NCBI RefSeq assembly: GCF_001545095.1
Contig: NZ_CP013213.1
Span: 1,860,001 to 1,892,000, forward strand
Direction of reading: 5' to 3'
Source: Erysipelothrix larvae
GTDB taxonomy: Bacteria > Bacillota_I > Bacilli_A > Erysipelotrichales > Erysipelotrichaceae
DNA: 32,000 nt
In this document: positions 1 to 8,493 of the stretch, one piece after another
Position numbering within the stretch: position 1 is the stretch's first letter
Layout of the letters: each line of letters opens with the position of its first letter
The notes under the pieces: model-generated
Told to the model about the DNA's origin: nothing
Databases searched by the model: none
Seen by the model: only the letters and a program-made list of their open reading frames with translations
Position numbers and translations under genes: made by a program

Positions 1-2
1 TT

Positions 3-557
3 GATAAGCTCAGGGCACATTTTAATGGAAATAAATATAAACCAACTAGTCTTAAATCTTCTTCACAGTACTTGAATAAGTATTTTTCCAATGTCGAGCA
101 AAGTATTAATTCGGTAAATGAATTTATTTTTAAATTGTACTTTAATGGAAAAGAGTTAAATAATTATTCTCCTGGGAAGAAATCTGAAATTTTACTAGAT
201 ATATTCTTGGATAAAGCTATATTGAGCCAGGAATATTTATATATTATACTGGATCAACCTGAAGATAATATGGACACAAAAACAATTACTGATAAACTAA
301 TAAATAGAATAAGACAGTTAAAATTAGATATACAGCTCTTTGTGATAAGTCACTCAGCTGCAGTCATTATCAATGGTGATTCTGATAACCTTATATTTGC
401 ATCTGAAAATGATAATACTCTATCTTACAGTTCTGGAAGAATTATTGATGCATCAATGAAAAAGAGTATTGTAGATACATTAGATGGTGGAGAAAAAAAT
501 CTAAAAATGCGTTTAACTAAGTATGATTTCAAACTAAAGGAGACAGTTAATGATTAG
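3..557 (+). CDS. ABC/SMC-type (Rad50/SbcC- or TrlF-like) ATPase, C-terminal lobe only; the 5' end lies outside the window
   Basis: The reading frame is open from nt 3, with no stop before the TTG at 72 that the ORF track uses, so the gene is cut by the window edge. It contains a signature-like SPGKKSE, a Walker-B/D-loop YIILDQPEDNMD and an H-loop ISHS in the canonical ABC ATPase order. TAG stop at 555-557. Confidence 0.6.
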   Translation, partial: DKLRAHFNGNKYKPTSLKSSSQYLNKYFSNVEQSINSVNEFIFKLYFNGKELNNYSPGKKSEILLDIFLDKAILSQEYLYIILDQPEDNMDTKTITDKLINRIRQLKLDIQLFVISHSAAVIINGDSDNLIFASENDNTLSYSSGRIIDASMKKSIVDTLDGGEKNLKMRLTKYDFKLKETVND

Positions 558-843
558 AATAAATGAAGATGAAAAAGTAATTATTAGTTATGATAGTAAA
601 GATTATTGCTTGAAAGATAAGGAACAATATAAACAATTCGTTATTAAGCTAACTGATCCAATTACAGATTTTCACAAAGATAACCTAGAAATAGACGAAA
701 GTGTCCAAGACCCTAGATTAAAAAGTATTTGTGAAAAGTACAAGCAATTTTTTTCAGCTTATTTGGATGATAAAAATAATATTATTCAGAAAGCGAAATC
801 CGAATTTTCCAAATTTAAGGAAGAGAATGAGCAAACAAAATAG
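550..843 (+). CDS. small hypothetical protein (97 aa, rich in K, E and D), translationally coupled to the upstream ATPase
   Basis: The ATG at 550 overlaps the upstream stop by 8 nt (gttaATGATTAGaa). I recognise no domain. Its composition suggests a helical or coiled partner protein. Confidence 0.5.
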   Translation: MIRINEDEKVIISYDSKDYCLKDKEQYKQFVIKLTDPITDFHKDNLEIDESVQDPRLKSICEKYKQFFSAYLDDKNNIIQKAKSEFSKFKEENEQTK

Positions 844-1199
844 ATTTTTGAATAATTAATGATTTGATACAAAATTTTTGATCACCTAGAGAGCGGTGGT
901 AAAAACATATTAGGCAAAATAACCCTGTTTGTTGATTTTGTACCACTCAATATCTGTCAGCATCAAGGTGAAATAATGGAACACAAAGCAGATAAACATA
1001 CCAAAATAAAAGGTATTTGATTATTTTTGATTAATTGACAGATACATTTGTTACTAGAAATATTATAGTTCTCTACAAAACATTCTCAAAAATATCATGA
1101 TTACAAAACTTGTTATATGATATAAAGTCATTCTTTAATGAGTTTTAAATAAATATTTTTACTTCACGGCAAAATTTTTTTTCGATTTGTACACTAAAA

Positions 1200-1227
1200 T
1201 CCCAACCCTTGTGCTTAAGAGTTGGGA
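1200..1227 (-). terminator. hairpin downstream of the 60-aa minus-strand gene
   Basis: Inverted repeat TCCCAAC (1200-1206) / GTTGGGA (1221-1227). On the minus strand it is followed by ATTTT. It lies 19 nt past the stop at 1246. Confidence 0.45.
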
Positions 1228-1245
1228 CTTTATGCATAATAATCA

Positions 1246-1428
1246 CTAGAAGTATTGATTGTTCAATATAGAATCTTCGTCTGGTCTTGAGATATCATCG
1301 AGTCGGTCTGAGAAGAAACAGTAAAGTAGAAATTCTGCTTCAAGTCGTGTGAGCCCAGTTTTGACTAATCGTCTGATGAGTTCTTCTTCTGGTGACTTAT
1401 CAAAAAAATCGAGATTTGACAAATCCAT
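1246..1428 (-). CDS. small hypothetical protein (60 aa)
   Basis: Strong SD AGGAGGTGCTGT precedes the ATG (reverse complement of 1426-1441) and a terminator hairpin follows. The segment GLTRLEAEFLLY weakly resembles a helix-turn-helix, but I do not call it. Confidence 0.55.
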   Translation of the reverse strand: MDLSNLDFFDKSPEEELIRRLVKTGLTRLEAEFLLYCFFSDRLDDISRPDEDSILNNQYF

Positions 1429-1566
1429 ACAGCACCTCCTTTTCTATAATAACAATTCGTTTAAAACCTAATCTTATTTTAGGAAGTGCAGTATCAGTTG
1501 TATTTACACCTTTATTTTATCATTAATTTGTTAGGGTGTTCAACTGATAAATTAACGCTTTACCGA

Positions 1567-2448
1567 TTATCGATAAAGCGTTAGGTAGTCTTTGCGTACA
1601 CATACGTGCAAGGAGTTTAATCTTCCAGCAAATTCTCCGTCTTTGTTCCACGAGTATTCTCGTTTGGATTCAAAGCGAATATCTTTTCCTTTTGTTTGAA
1701 TAAACAGTTCGTTGTCATATTGCTTCATGACAAGCGATAACAATAGATTTCTGAAGTCCTTGTGTTTCTTGGGTTTTCGAATTAACATCAACTCAAATTC
1801 ACCATCATTAAAGGATACTTCAGGAAGTTGAATCACGGTTCCTAATGAGTTTGAATTTGAAATACCACCAAATACAAACTGACCTTCATACACTTCATCA
1901 TCACAGGTTACTTTCATATCATAGGTTCTAATCTTAAGAAAATAGAATGTGAATATCCCATACAACCAATATGCAATGTGTCCAAAGATATTCTTGAGTT
2001 GTTGTGGGGTTTTATAGGTAATATGCGTGAAATTACCAAAGGTCATTGAGTAAATAAATGAATGGTTATCATTATAGGCCCCAATATCAATTTTAAGCGG
2101 TTCTTGCGTGTTATTTGCAAGATTATGAAGACTGTCCTTAGTAATGCCTAAAGCAAGCGCAAATTCGTTTGTAGAGCCTTTTGGGTAAATGCACATCGAT
2201 GCTTTGATGTCGTAATGAATCATAGCATCAATAGTTTGTGAGATGGTACCATCACCACCTGCAACTAAAATAACATCATATGTATCCCGATGATTCTTCA
2301 AATATTTCTCAACACTTTTCTCATTTTTTGTCTTTAATAAGTCATACGTCTTGTTTGCATCGTCAAGGGTACTTTGAATCAAATCAAGGTCACCACTGTT
2401 TTTACCTGATACTGGATTGAAAATGACGAGCAAGTTTTTATTAACCAT
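1567..2448 (-). CDS. diacylglycerol-kinase-family lipid kinase (DgkB/YegS-like), copy 1
   Basis: N-terminal NPVSGK and the VAGGDGT catalytic-domain motif. 293 aa. Paralog of 5679..6560. The start lies 3 nt after the stop of the upstream LtaS-like gene. Confidence 0.85.
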   Translation of the reverse strand: MVNKNLLVIFNPVSGKNSGDLDLIQSTLDDANKTYDLLKTKNEKSVEKYLKNHRDTYDVILVAGGDGTISQTIDAMIHYDIKASMCIYPKGSTNEFALALGITKDSLHNLANNTQEPLKIDIGAYNDNHSFIYSMTFGNFTHITYKTPQQLKNIFGHIAYWLYGIFTFYFLKIRTYDMKVTCDDEVYEGQFVFGGISNSNSLGTVIQLPEVSFNDGEFELMLIRKPKKHKDFRNLLLSLVMKQYDNELFIQTKGKDIRFESKREYSWNKDGEFAGRLNSLHVCVRKDYLTLYR

Positions 2449-2451
2449 GGG

Positions 2452-3951
2452 TTATTTCCTTAAGAAATTGTTTTCGTAGTAAATGGATTTTAGGGCAAGC
2501 TCAGCATCAAGTGTATCATATCCTAATGTCTCTAAAAGTGTCTTTTGGTTAGAGAATAAGTTTGTGCCCAATCCAAGTTTGTCGCCTTCAATTTCTGCAC
2601 CTAGTGCAGCAAGTGTTGTTGGGAATAAATCGGTTGCCATAAAGTCACGATTAACAGTCGCGCGCTCATCTACCGCTGTGTTTATATTCATGAAGGTATT
2701 ATAAAGTGTGTACTCACTATTTACGGATTGCATTAAGAAATTATTGTTCATGGTATTGTGATCACCAACAATGATGACTGTAGTGTTCTCATAGAAATCT
2801 TGTGCTTGAATCCAGTTAATAAACTCAATCACTTGAAGATCTGAACACTCATATGCATTCGCATAATCTGTATTGTAAGAAGCAGGACATGAGCCATCTG
2901 TATATCCGTCCGTATAGTGTGAATCTACGGTTAACATTGAAAAGTTAAACGGTTCATCGTTTGCGGAAATCTCTAGAAGTTGTTTCTTCGCAAACTCAAA
3001 CAGCTTGCTGTCTTCCATACCCCAAAACACATGATAGTCCTCAGGGATAAAACCAATTTCTTTCAGATATTTCGTATCATATATTGTGTAGTTACCATGG
3101 GTTTCAAAGTAAGTCTGGCGACCACCAAAGTTTCCATCTGAGCCCATGAGGAAATAGTTTGAATACCCATTGTCTTCTAGGATTTCTCCAAGTGTTGTGA
3201 TACCAGGTAAAAACACACCATTTTTACCATACTGATTATTTCCAATCGGAATTTGTAGAGGCACCCCTGACGTTTGTCCTACAAGGCTTGCGACAGTCCA
3301 AGAGAGTCCACGTGCTTGAACATGTCCCCCTAATGTTTCACTGTTAGAAAAGTTTAAATTATCAAGTGAGAGTTGTTCTAAGTTAGGAATTAAATTCACA
3401 GTGCTTCCATCGATATTAATGTCTGTAAAGTTGTTGTTCATTGATTCTAAAACAATATAGATTAAGTTTTGTTTCTCTTGTGGGAATGTAATCTCCACTG
3501 TATTTGGATCCACATAATACGTCTCATATAATGACCCTGGATTCATGCGTTCAATAACAAACCCTGATATATCCAATTTGCCATTGATGAATAATGCTAA
3601 AGAAAGAACAATACACACCCCACTAAAGACCGTGTTTTTAAAACTTCTTTGAAATGTTATGGTTGGATTGAATTGCTTTTTAAATAACCGAACATGAAAC
3701 TCATAATTGTATTGACGAACAACACTAAATAAGTAAGCAACCACCACAAAAAACGAGAGATATGGAAGTGCAAAGATTAGAAAGTCAAACACGATATCGA
3801 TGTTTGCACCATCCCCTTCGCTAAGCATAACAAAAAGAATCTGTTCAAAATCCATTTGCCCAAATTGATCTTGTAAGAACACCGGTGTTGCAAATAAACA
3901 CGCTACAAGAATCCATAACCCTATTTTTATCCCTTTTGAAAACTTATGCAT
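2452..3951 (-). CDS. LTA-synthase-family (LtaS-like) sulfatase-fold phosphoglycerol transferase, copy 1
   Basis: Three N-terminal hydrophobic helices followed by an extracytoplasmic domain. That domain carries the alkaline-phosphatase-superfamily motifs YIVLESMN, GQTSG (candidate nucleophile Thr) and VGDHN. The ATG directly abuts the TAA of the upstream small gene. Confidence 0.85.
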   Translation of the reverse strand: MHKFSKGIKIGLWILVACLFATPVFLQDQFGQMDFEQILFVMLSEGDGANIDIVFDFLIFALPYLSFFVVVAYLFSVVRQYNYEFHVRLFKKQFNPTITFQRSFKNTVFSGVCIVLSLALFINGKLDISGFVIERMNPGSLYETYYVDPNTVEITFPQEKQNLIYIVLESMNNNFTDINIDGSTVNLIPNLEQLSLDNLNFSNSETLGGHVQARGLSWTVASLVGQTSGVPLQIPIGNNQYGKNGVFLPGITTLGEILEDNGYSNYFLMGSDGNFGGRQTYFETHGNYTIYDTKYLKEIGFIPEDYHVFWGMEDSKLFEFAKKQLLEISANDEPFNFSMLTVDSHYTDGYTDGSCPASYNTDYANAYECSDLQVIEFINWIQAQDFYENTTVIIVGDHNTMNNNFLMQSVNSEYTLYNTFMNINTAVDERATVNRDFMATDLFPTTLAALGAEIEGDKLGLGTNLFSNQKTLLETLGYDTLDAELALKSIYYENNFLRK

Positions 3952-4275
3952 TTATACTTTCCTCGATACGTTTACATCAACTTCTAGATGTTTTTTTAGC
4001 AAGTGTTTCATATTTGGTATGATCCATGCCAATGGACATGCAAGCATGAGATACTTTAAAGTAAAGGATACATTAAAATGCGCAACTCTAAAGTAGTAGT
4101 AACGATACACTGCAAATAGATAGAAAATAATATATATCACTGCATTTATGAGAATGACATATAACACATACATTGTAACAATCTCAAATAAATCTTTTGA
4201 CTTTGATCCCCCAATATTCTTATCGAAGCGGAGTGCTAATACCGCTGGAAAGAAATAACAGACAAATTGAATCAT
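3952..4275 (-). CDS. small integral membrane protein (107 aa), first gene of cassette 1
   Basis: SD GGAGGACCC precedes the ATG. The protein is strongly hydrophobic with about 3 predicted helices. A decayed paralog lies at 8081..8387. Confidence 0.6.
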   Translation of the reverse strand: MIQFVCYFFPAVLALRFDKNIGGSKSKDLFEIVTMYVLYVILINAVIYIIFYLFAVYRYYYFRVAHFNVSFTLKYLMLACPLAWIIPNMKHLLKKHLEVDVNVSRKV

Positions 4276-4323
4276 GGGTCCTCCTACATTACTTATTCAT
4301 ATAAACTTAATTTATGCTTATAA

Positions 4324-4352
4324 ATTATACACAATTTTGATTTTATGTTCAA
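4324..4352 (-). promoter_or_regulatory. sigma-A-type promoter for cassette 1
   Basis: On the minus strand: TTGAAC (4352-4347), a 17-nt spacer, then TATAAT (4329-4324). It sits about 50 nt upstream of the ATG at 4275. Confidence 0.55.
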
Positions 4353-4453
4353 ACTTTGTTAAAATTCACATTTTTCTATCACATTTTACCCGGGAAATGA
4401 TATATTTCTATTCACACCGAGTATAAAATAAGTCATATTTTTTTAAACAACAT

Positions 4454-4489
4454 AAAAAAGACACAGAGTATTTTACCTGTGTCTTTTTT
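4454..4489 (-). terminator. rho-independent terminator, potentially bidirectional
   Basis: AAAAAA-GACACAG (4460-4466), loop, CTGTGTC (4477-4483), then TTTTTT. It lies immediately downstream of the stop at 4498. Confidence 0.7.
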
Positions 4490-4497
4490 AGCGTAAA

Positions 4498-5661
4498 TTA
4501 GATTGCTTGATTCACAATCGTACTCACTCTTTCATAGAAAATTGGTTTCTTGTTTGCAAGTGCGTAAATATAATCAATCAATAAAGCAAAGCCTAAGAAC
4601 AATAAGATGATCATCGCAGTCATAATTCCTTCAAGATTATCTGTAGTAATGTGGCGAATTGCGATAAGCTGTGCTGCACATCCATACATAATGAAGATAA
4701 TGGATGCAATAAAGACATAGCGCACACACAATCTCCAAAACTTCAAATGATCTTCTTTAAGTGATGTCAGTCGAATCCGTACCAAACGTTTTCCAAGGGT
4801 GAACCCATTGGTGATCCATGGCATCCATGTAAAGTATAATACGCCAATCCCCATTGGAATCCCAAATAAGATTGGCCGTTGGATAAAGAGTTTGATGAGT
4901 TCTTTGGGTTGAGTCATATATTTCATAAACTCAGGAGTATCAAAAGTGAAATACACCACAACAAAGGCAATCAGTGCACATAAGCCCACATCAATCGCCA
5001 GTGCTACCAAACGACGTCCAACGGTAACATACTGGGCACGACTGTATTGATCTTCATCCATTTTATCACGTGTTGGAAAGAGCGCTACGATAATTGGTGT
5101 AATTAGATACCCGATTACACCACCCAAGGTGTTTAAAAACAAGTCATCCACATCAAAGAGTCGATAGGGTCTTGGATAAAAACCAAAGAGGGCAGATAAT
5201 TGAATCAACTCAAAGCACAATGAGAGTGCAAAGGTTAAGATCATGGTCACAAAAAAGTTTTGCTTAAAATAGTAATTCAGATATACGCCAAAGGGTACTG
5301 TTAATAATACATTAAAGAATACTTGTTGGAATTCTTTTGTTTGAATAAATGTAATCCATGCATCAAACCCTTGTGTTCTGAGTCCTTGATTTCTAAACTC
5401 ATTTAAGAAGTTAAAAAAATCAAGTTGCATTTCGGGTCCTGTCATTTGCGCAACTGAAGCACGCGTTGGCAGAGGCAACACAACGGTAAACAATGCAGTC
5501 ATTAAATAAAATACCATCGAATAAATCGTAATTGAACGCCACCAATGTGCCGCACCATATTTTAAGTATTGATATACTAAGAATGGTATTGTGAGTAATA
5601 GTGCTAAAAACGGAAAGACAAATATCGATGTCTTAATCGCAAAATTAAAATCCCAAGTCAT
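4498..5661 (-). CDS. VanZ-like / RDD-domain fusion membrane protein
   Basis: The N-terminal half has a VanZ-type pattern (FELIQL ... RLFDVDDLFLNTLGGVIGY). The C-terminal half starts with an RDD-type RRLVALAIDVGL followed by several helices. SD AAAGGGGTG. Confidence 0.7.
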   Translation of the reverse strand: MTWDFNFAIKTSIFVFPFLALLLTIPFLVYQYLKYGAAHWWRSITIYSMVFYLMTALFTVVLPLPTRASVAQMTGPEMQLDFFNFLNEFRNQGLRTQGFDAWITFIQTKEFQQVFFNVLLTVPFGVYLNYYFKQNFFVTMILTFALSLCFELIQLSALFGFYPRPYRLFDVDDLFLNTLGGVIGYLITPIIVALFPTRDKMDEDQYSRAQYVTVGRRLVALAIDVGLCALIAFVVVYFTFDTPEFMKYMTQPKELIKLFIQRPILFGIPMGIGVLYFTWMPWITNGFTLGKRLVRIRLTSLKEDHLKFWRLCVRYVFIASIIFIMYGCAAQLIAIRHITTDNLEGIMTAMIILLFLGFALLIDYIYALANKKPIFYERVSTIVNQAI

Positions 5662-5678
5662 TAAGTCACCCCTTTAAG

Positions 5679-6560
5679 TTAACGATAAAGGGTAAGATAC
5701 TTCTTATGGACTGTGACGTTGAGTGAATCCAGTTTTCCTGCAAACTCACCGTCTTTATTCCAAGAATGCGTTCTTTTAGAGTCAAAGCTGATTGCTTTCC
5801 CTTTATCCAATATAAACATGTCGTTATCATAATTTTTAAGTACAAGTGATTTAAGAATATGCCTAAAGTCTTTGTGCTTCTTTGGTTTACGAATCAACAT
5901 CAGTTCAAACACACCATCATTAAATGACACTTCAGGAAGCTGAAGGATGGTTCCAACTGAATTTGAATTTGAGATACCACCAAATACAAACTGACCTTCA
6001 TAGACACGATCATCACACCGCACAGTCATTTCATAGGTTCTCAATTTAAGAAAATAGAATGAAAAAAAACCATAGAGCCAATACGCTAAATGACCAAACA
6101 CATTTTTAAGTTGTTGGGGTGTTTGATAGGTTACATGGGTAAAGTTTCCAAAGGTCATGGAATAAATAAAGGATCGATTCCCATTATAGGTTCCAATATC
6201 AATCTTTAATGTTTCATGTGTTTTATTCACAATATTTTTAAGACTCTCTTTGGTAATTCCTAAAGCCATCGCAAACTCATTGGTGGATCCTTTAGGGTAA
6301 ATACACATCGTACTGGCGATATCATAATACATCATTGCATCAATTGTCTGCGAGATGGTGCCATCACCACCTGCGACTATTATCATATCATATTTATCTT
6401 TTTTTAACCTTAAGTACTGGTCAATTGAAGTCTCATTTTTAGTCTTCAATACATCATAGTGAACCAATCCTTGATTCAATATACATTCAATCGCATCCAG
6501 GTCATCTGAGTTTTTCCCCGATACCGGATTATAAATAAGCAGGGTTCTATTATTCATCAT
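5679..6560 (-). CDS. diacylglycerol-kinase-family lipid kinase, copy 2
   Basis: NPVSGK and VAGGDGT motifs. 293 aa. By eye it aligns without gaps and with many identical positions to copy 1. The start overlaps the upstream LtaS-like gene by 11 nt. Confidence 0.85.
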   Translation of the reverse strand: MMNNRTLLIYNPVSGKNSDDLDAIECILNQGLVHYDVLKTKNETSIDQYLRLKKDKYDMIIVAGGDGTISQTIDAMMYYDIASTMCIYPKGSTNEFAMALGITKESLKNIVNKTHETLKIDIGTYNGNRSFIYSMTFGNFTHVTYQTPQQLKNVFGHLAYWLYGFFSFYFLKLRTYEMTVRCDDRVYEGQFVFGGISNSNSVGTILQLPEVSFNDGVFELMLIRKPKKHKDFRHILKSLVLKNYDNDMFILDKGKAISFDSKRTHSWNKDGEFAGKLDSLNVTVHKKYLTLYR

Positions 6561-8061
6561 CGGTTAACCTCAAAAAGTTTCTTTCATAAAATAAAGACTT
6601 CTTCGCAAGCTCAACGCTTAAATTATCAAAACCTAACATTTCAGGCAATGTTTCTTCATGCGCGAACAGGTTTGTTCCCAACCCTAATCGATTTCCTTCA
6701 ATCTCAACACCCAGCGTAGCCAAGGTTGTTGGGAATAAATCCATCACCGTGAAATCTCGATAGGTAAACTCACTCTCATCAACATCAACATTCACATTCA
6801 TAAAGGCATTATATGTTGTAAAGACTTTATTCACCGATTCAATCAGAAAGCTGTTGTTCATGCTGTGATGATCACCCACTAAGATGACCGTAGTATTCTC
6901 ATAAAAGCTTTGATCTTCAATCCACCCTAGAAACTCATCCAAAAGCTTATCAGAACATACGATCGCATTGGCATAGTCAATTGAAAAAGGTGTCTCACAC
7001 GATGCATCCGTATACCCATCCATAAAATGGGTATCCACCGTCAACAAAGATACATTAAAGGGTTCATTAAACCCTGAAACTTCAAGCAGTAATTCCTTCG
7101 CATAGTCGAATAACTTACGATCTTCAATACCCCAAAACACATGATAATCCTCAGGTACATAACCAATTTCTTTTAAATATTTCGTATCTAATATTGTATA
7201 GTTGCCATGGGTTTCAAAATATATCTGTCGGCCACCAAAGTTTGCATCCGAACCCATGAGGAAATAGTTTGAATATCCTTGTGCTTCAAGAATTTCTCCC
7301 AGTGTTATTAATCCTGGTAAGAAGACACCACTTGTACCATAGGAATTTCCATCAATGGGAACGTGTAACTCCACCCCACCGGTTTGACCCACAAGACTTG
7401 CGGAAGTCCATGATAGATTTGCCATTGGTACTGCACCCCCAAATTGCGCACTATTTGAAAAACTCACGTTTTCTTCCGCAATCACTTGAAGATTTGGGAT
7501 CAAATTTACGATTTCCCCATCCACCACGATCTCACTGAAATTTGTATTCATGGACTCCAAGACAATATAGATCAGGTTTTGTTTTTCTTGTGGAAACCTT
7601 ATCTCAACACTTTCAGGATCCACATAATACGTTTCATACATCGTTCCTGGGTTTAAGCGATCACTGACATAGCCTGCGACATCAAGATGCGAATCCACAA
7701 AGAACACCAACCCAACTATGACACATAGGGATATAATCACAGATTTTAAAAGGGATGGTTCAAAGGTAATCTTAGGATGAAATGTTTTATTAAAGAACTT
7801 AATCTTAAAGGAAATTGTATAGCGACTGATGAATTGATACACTAAAACAATCCCTATGAACATGAGCACGTAGGGTATTACAAAGATAAGATACTCATAA
7901 ACAATATCCACATTTGCACCATCTCCACTGCTCAACAATACAAAAAGAATTTGGTCAATATTCATCTCACCAAACTGTTGTTCAAGAAATATCGGTGCTG
8001 CAAATAAACATGTCACAACGATCCCACACACACCTTTAAGCATAAACTTTATCTTCTTCAT
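6550..8061 (-). CDS. LtaS-like sulfatase-fold transferase, copy 2
   Basis: Same architecture and motifs as copy 1 (YIVLESMN, GQTGG, VGDHH). SD GGAAG before the ATG. Confidence 0.85.
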   Translation of the reverse strand: MKKIKFMLKGVCGIVVTCLFAAPIFLEQQFGEMNIDQILFVLLSSGDGANVDIVYEYLIFVIPYVLMFIGIVLVYQFISRYTISFKIKFFNKTFHPKITFEPSLLKSVIISLCVIVGLVFFVDSHLDVAGYVSDRLNPGTMYETYYVDPESVEIRFPQEKQNLIYIVLESMNTNFSEIVVDGEIVNLIPNLQVIAEENVSFSNSAQFGGAVPMANLSWTSASLVGQTGGVELHVPIDGNSYGTSGVFLPGLITLGEILEAQGYSNYFLMGSDANFGGRQIYFETHGNYTILDTKYLKEIGYVPEDYHVFWGIEDRKLFDYAKELLLEVSGFNEPFNVSLLTVDTHFMDGYTDASCETPFSIDYANAIVCSDKLLDEFLGWIEDQSFYENTTVILVGDHHSMNNSFLIESVNKVFTTYNAFMNVNVDVDESEFTYRDFTVMDLFPTTLATLGVEIEGNRLGLGTNLFAHEETLPEMLGFDNLSVELAKKSLFYERNFLRLTDDE

Positions 8062-8080
8062 TCTTACTTCCTTTCAGCCT

Positions 8081-8387
8081 TTATCCCAAATTGATACATG
8101 TTGTGCTACAATGAACCAAACCCTGTGGTATGATCCCTGACACCAACCACCCACACATCAAATACTTAAATGTAAATGAGTCGTTAAACACACATGTTGA
8201 CAAACAGATAAAACGAGTATTTGGAAGTATAATAAGAAAAGCATGAATCACTCAATTTATCGCAATTTAGTTTCTGAACAGTGTACACGATTTGATCAAG
8301 CGGTGTTTTGAGTGACTCACCGCTTCGTTTTAATTCACCACTCATACAACACATTGCACAAACGAAATAACACATAAATTGAATCAT
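8081..8387 (-). pseudogene. frameshifted paralog of the 107-aa small membrane protein
   Basis: The N-terminus MIQFMCYF matches MIQFVCYF of 3952..4275. The listed ORF stops at 8184. The conserved C-terminal motif SFTFKYLM (SFTLKYLM in the paralog) reappears in a different frame and runs to a TAA at 8081-8083. The central part has lost its hydrophobic character in the listed frame. Confidence 0.55.
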
Positions 8388-8493
8388 AAGCCCCCCCGGA
8401 TGCCACCTTACATACTTTATACCAATTTATTATGACACAGGTTATGTAAAAAGCATCTATCAATATTGTCTATATCTCTTAATATAAAGAGAA

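Noticed and set aside
72-74. TTG used by the ORF track as the start of the first gene.
   Set aside because: The frame is open all the way to nt 3, and the ABC signature motif needs an upstream Walker-A lobe. The gene therefore begins outside the window.
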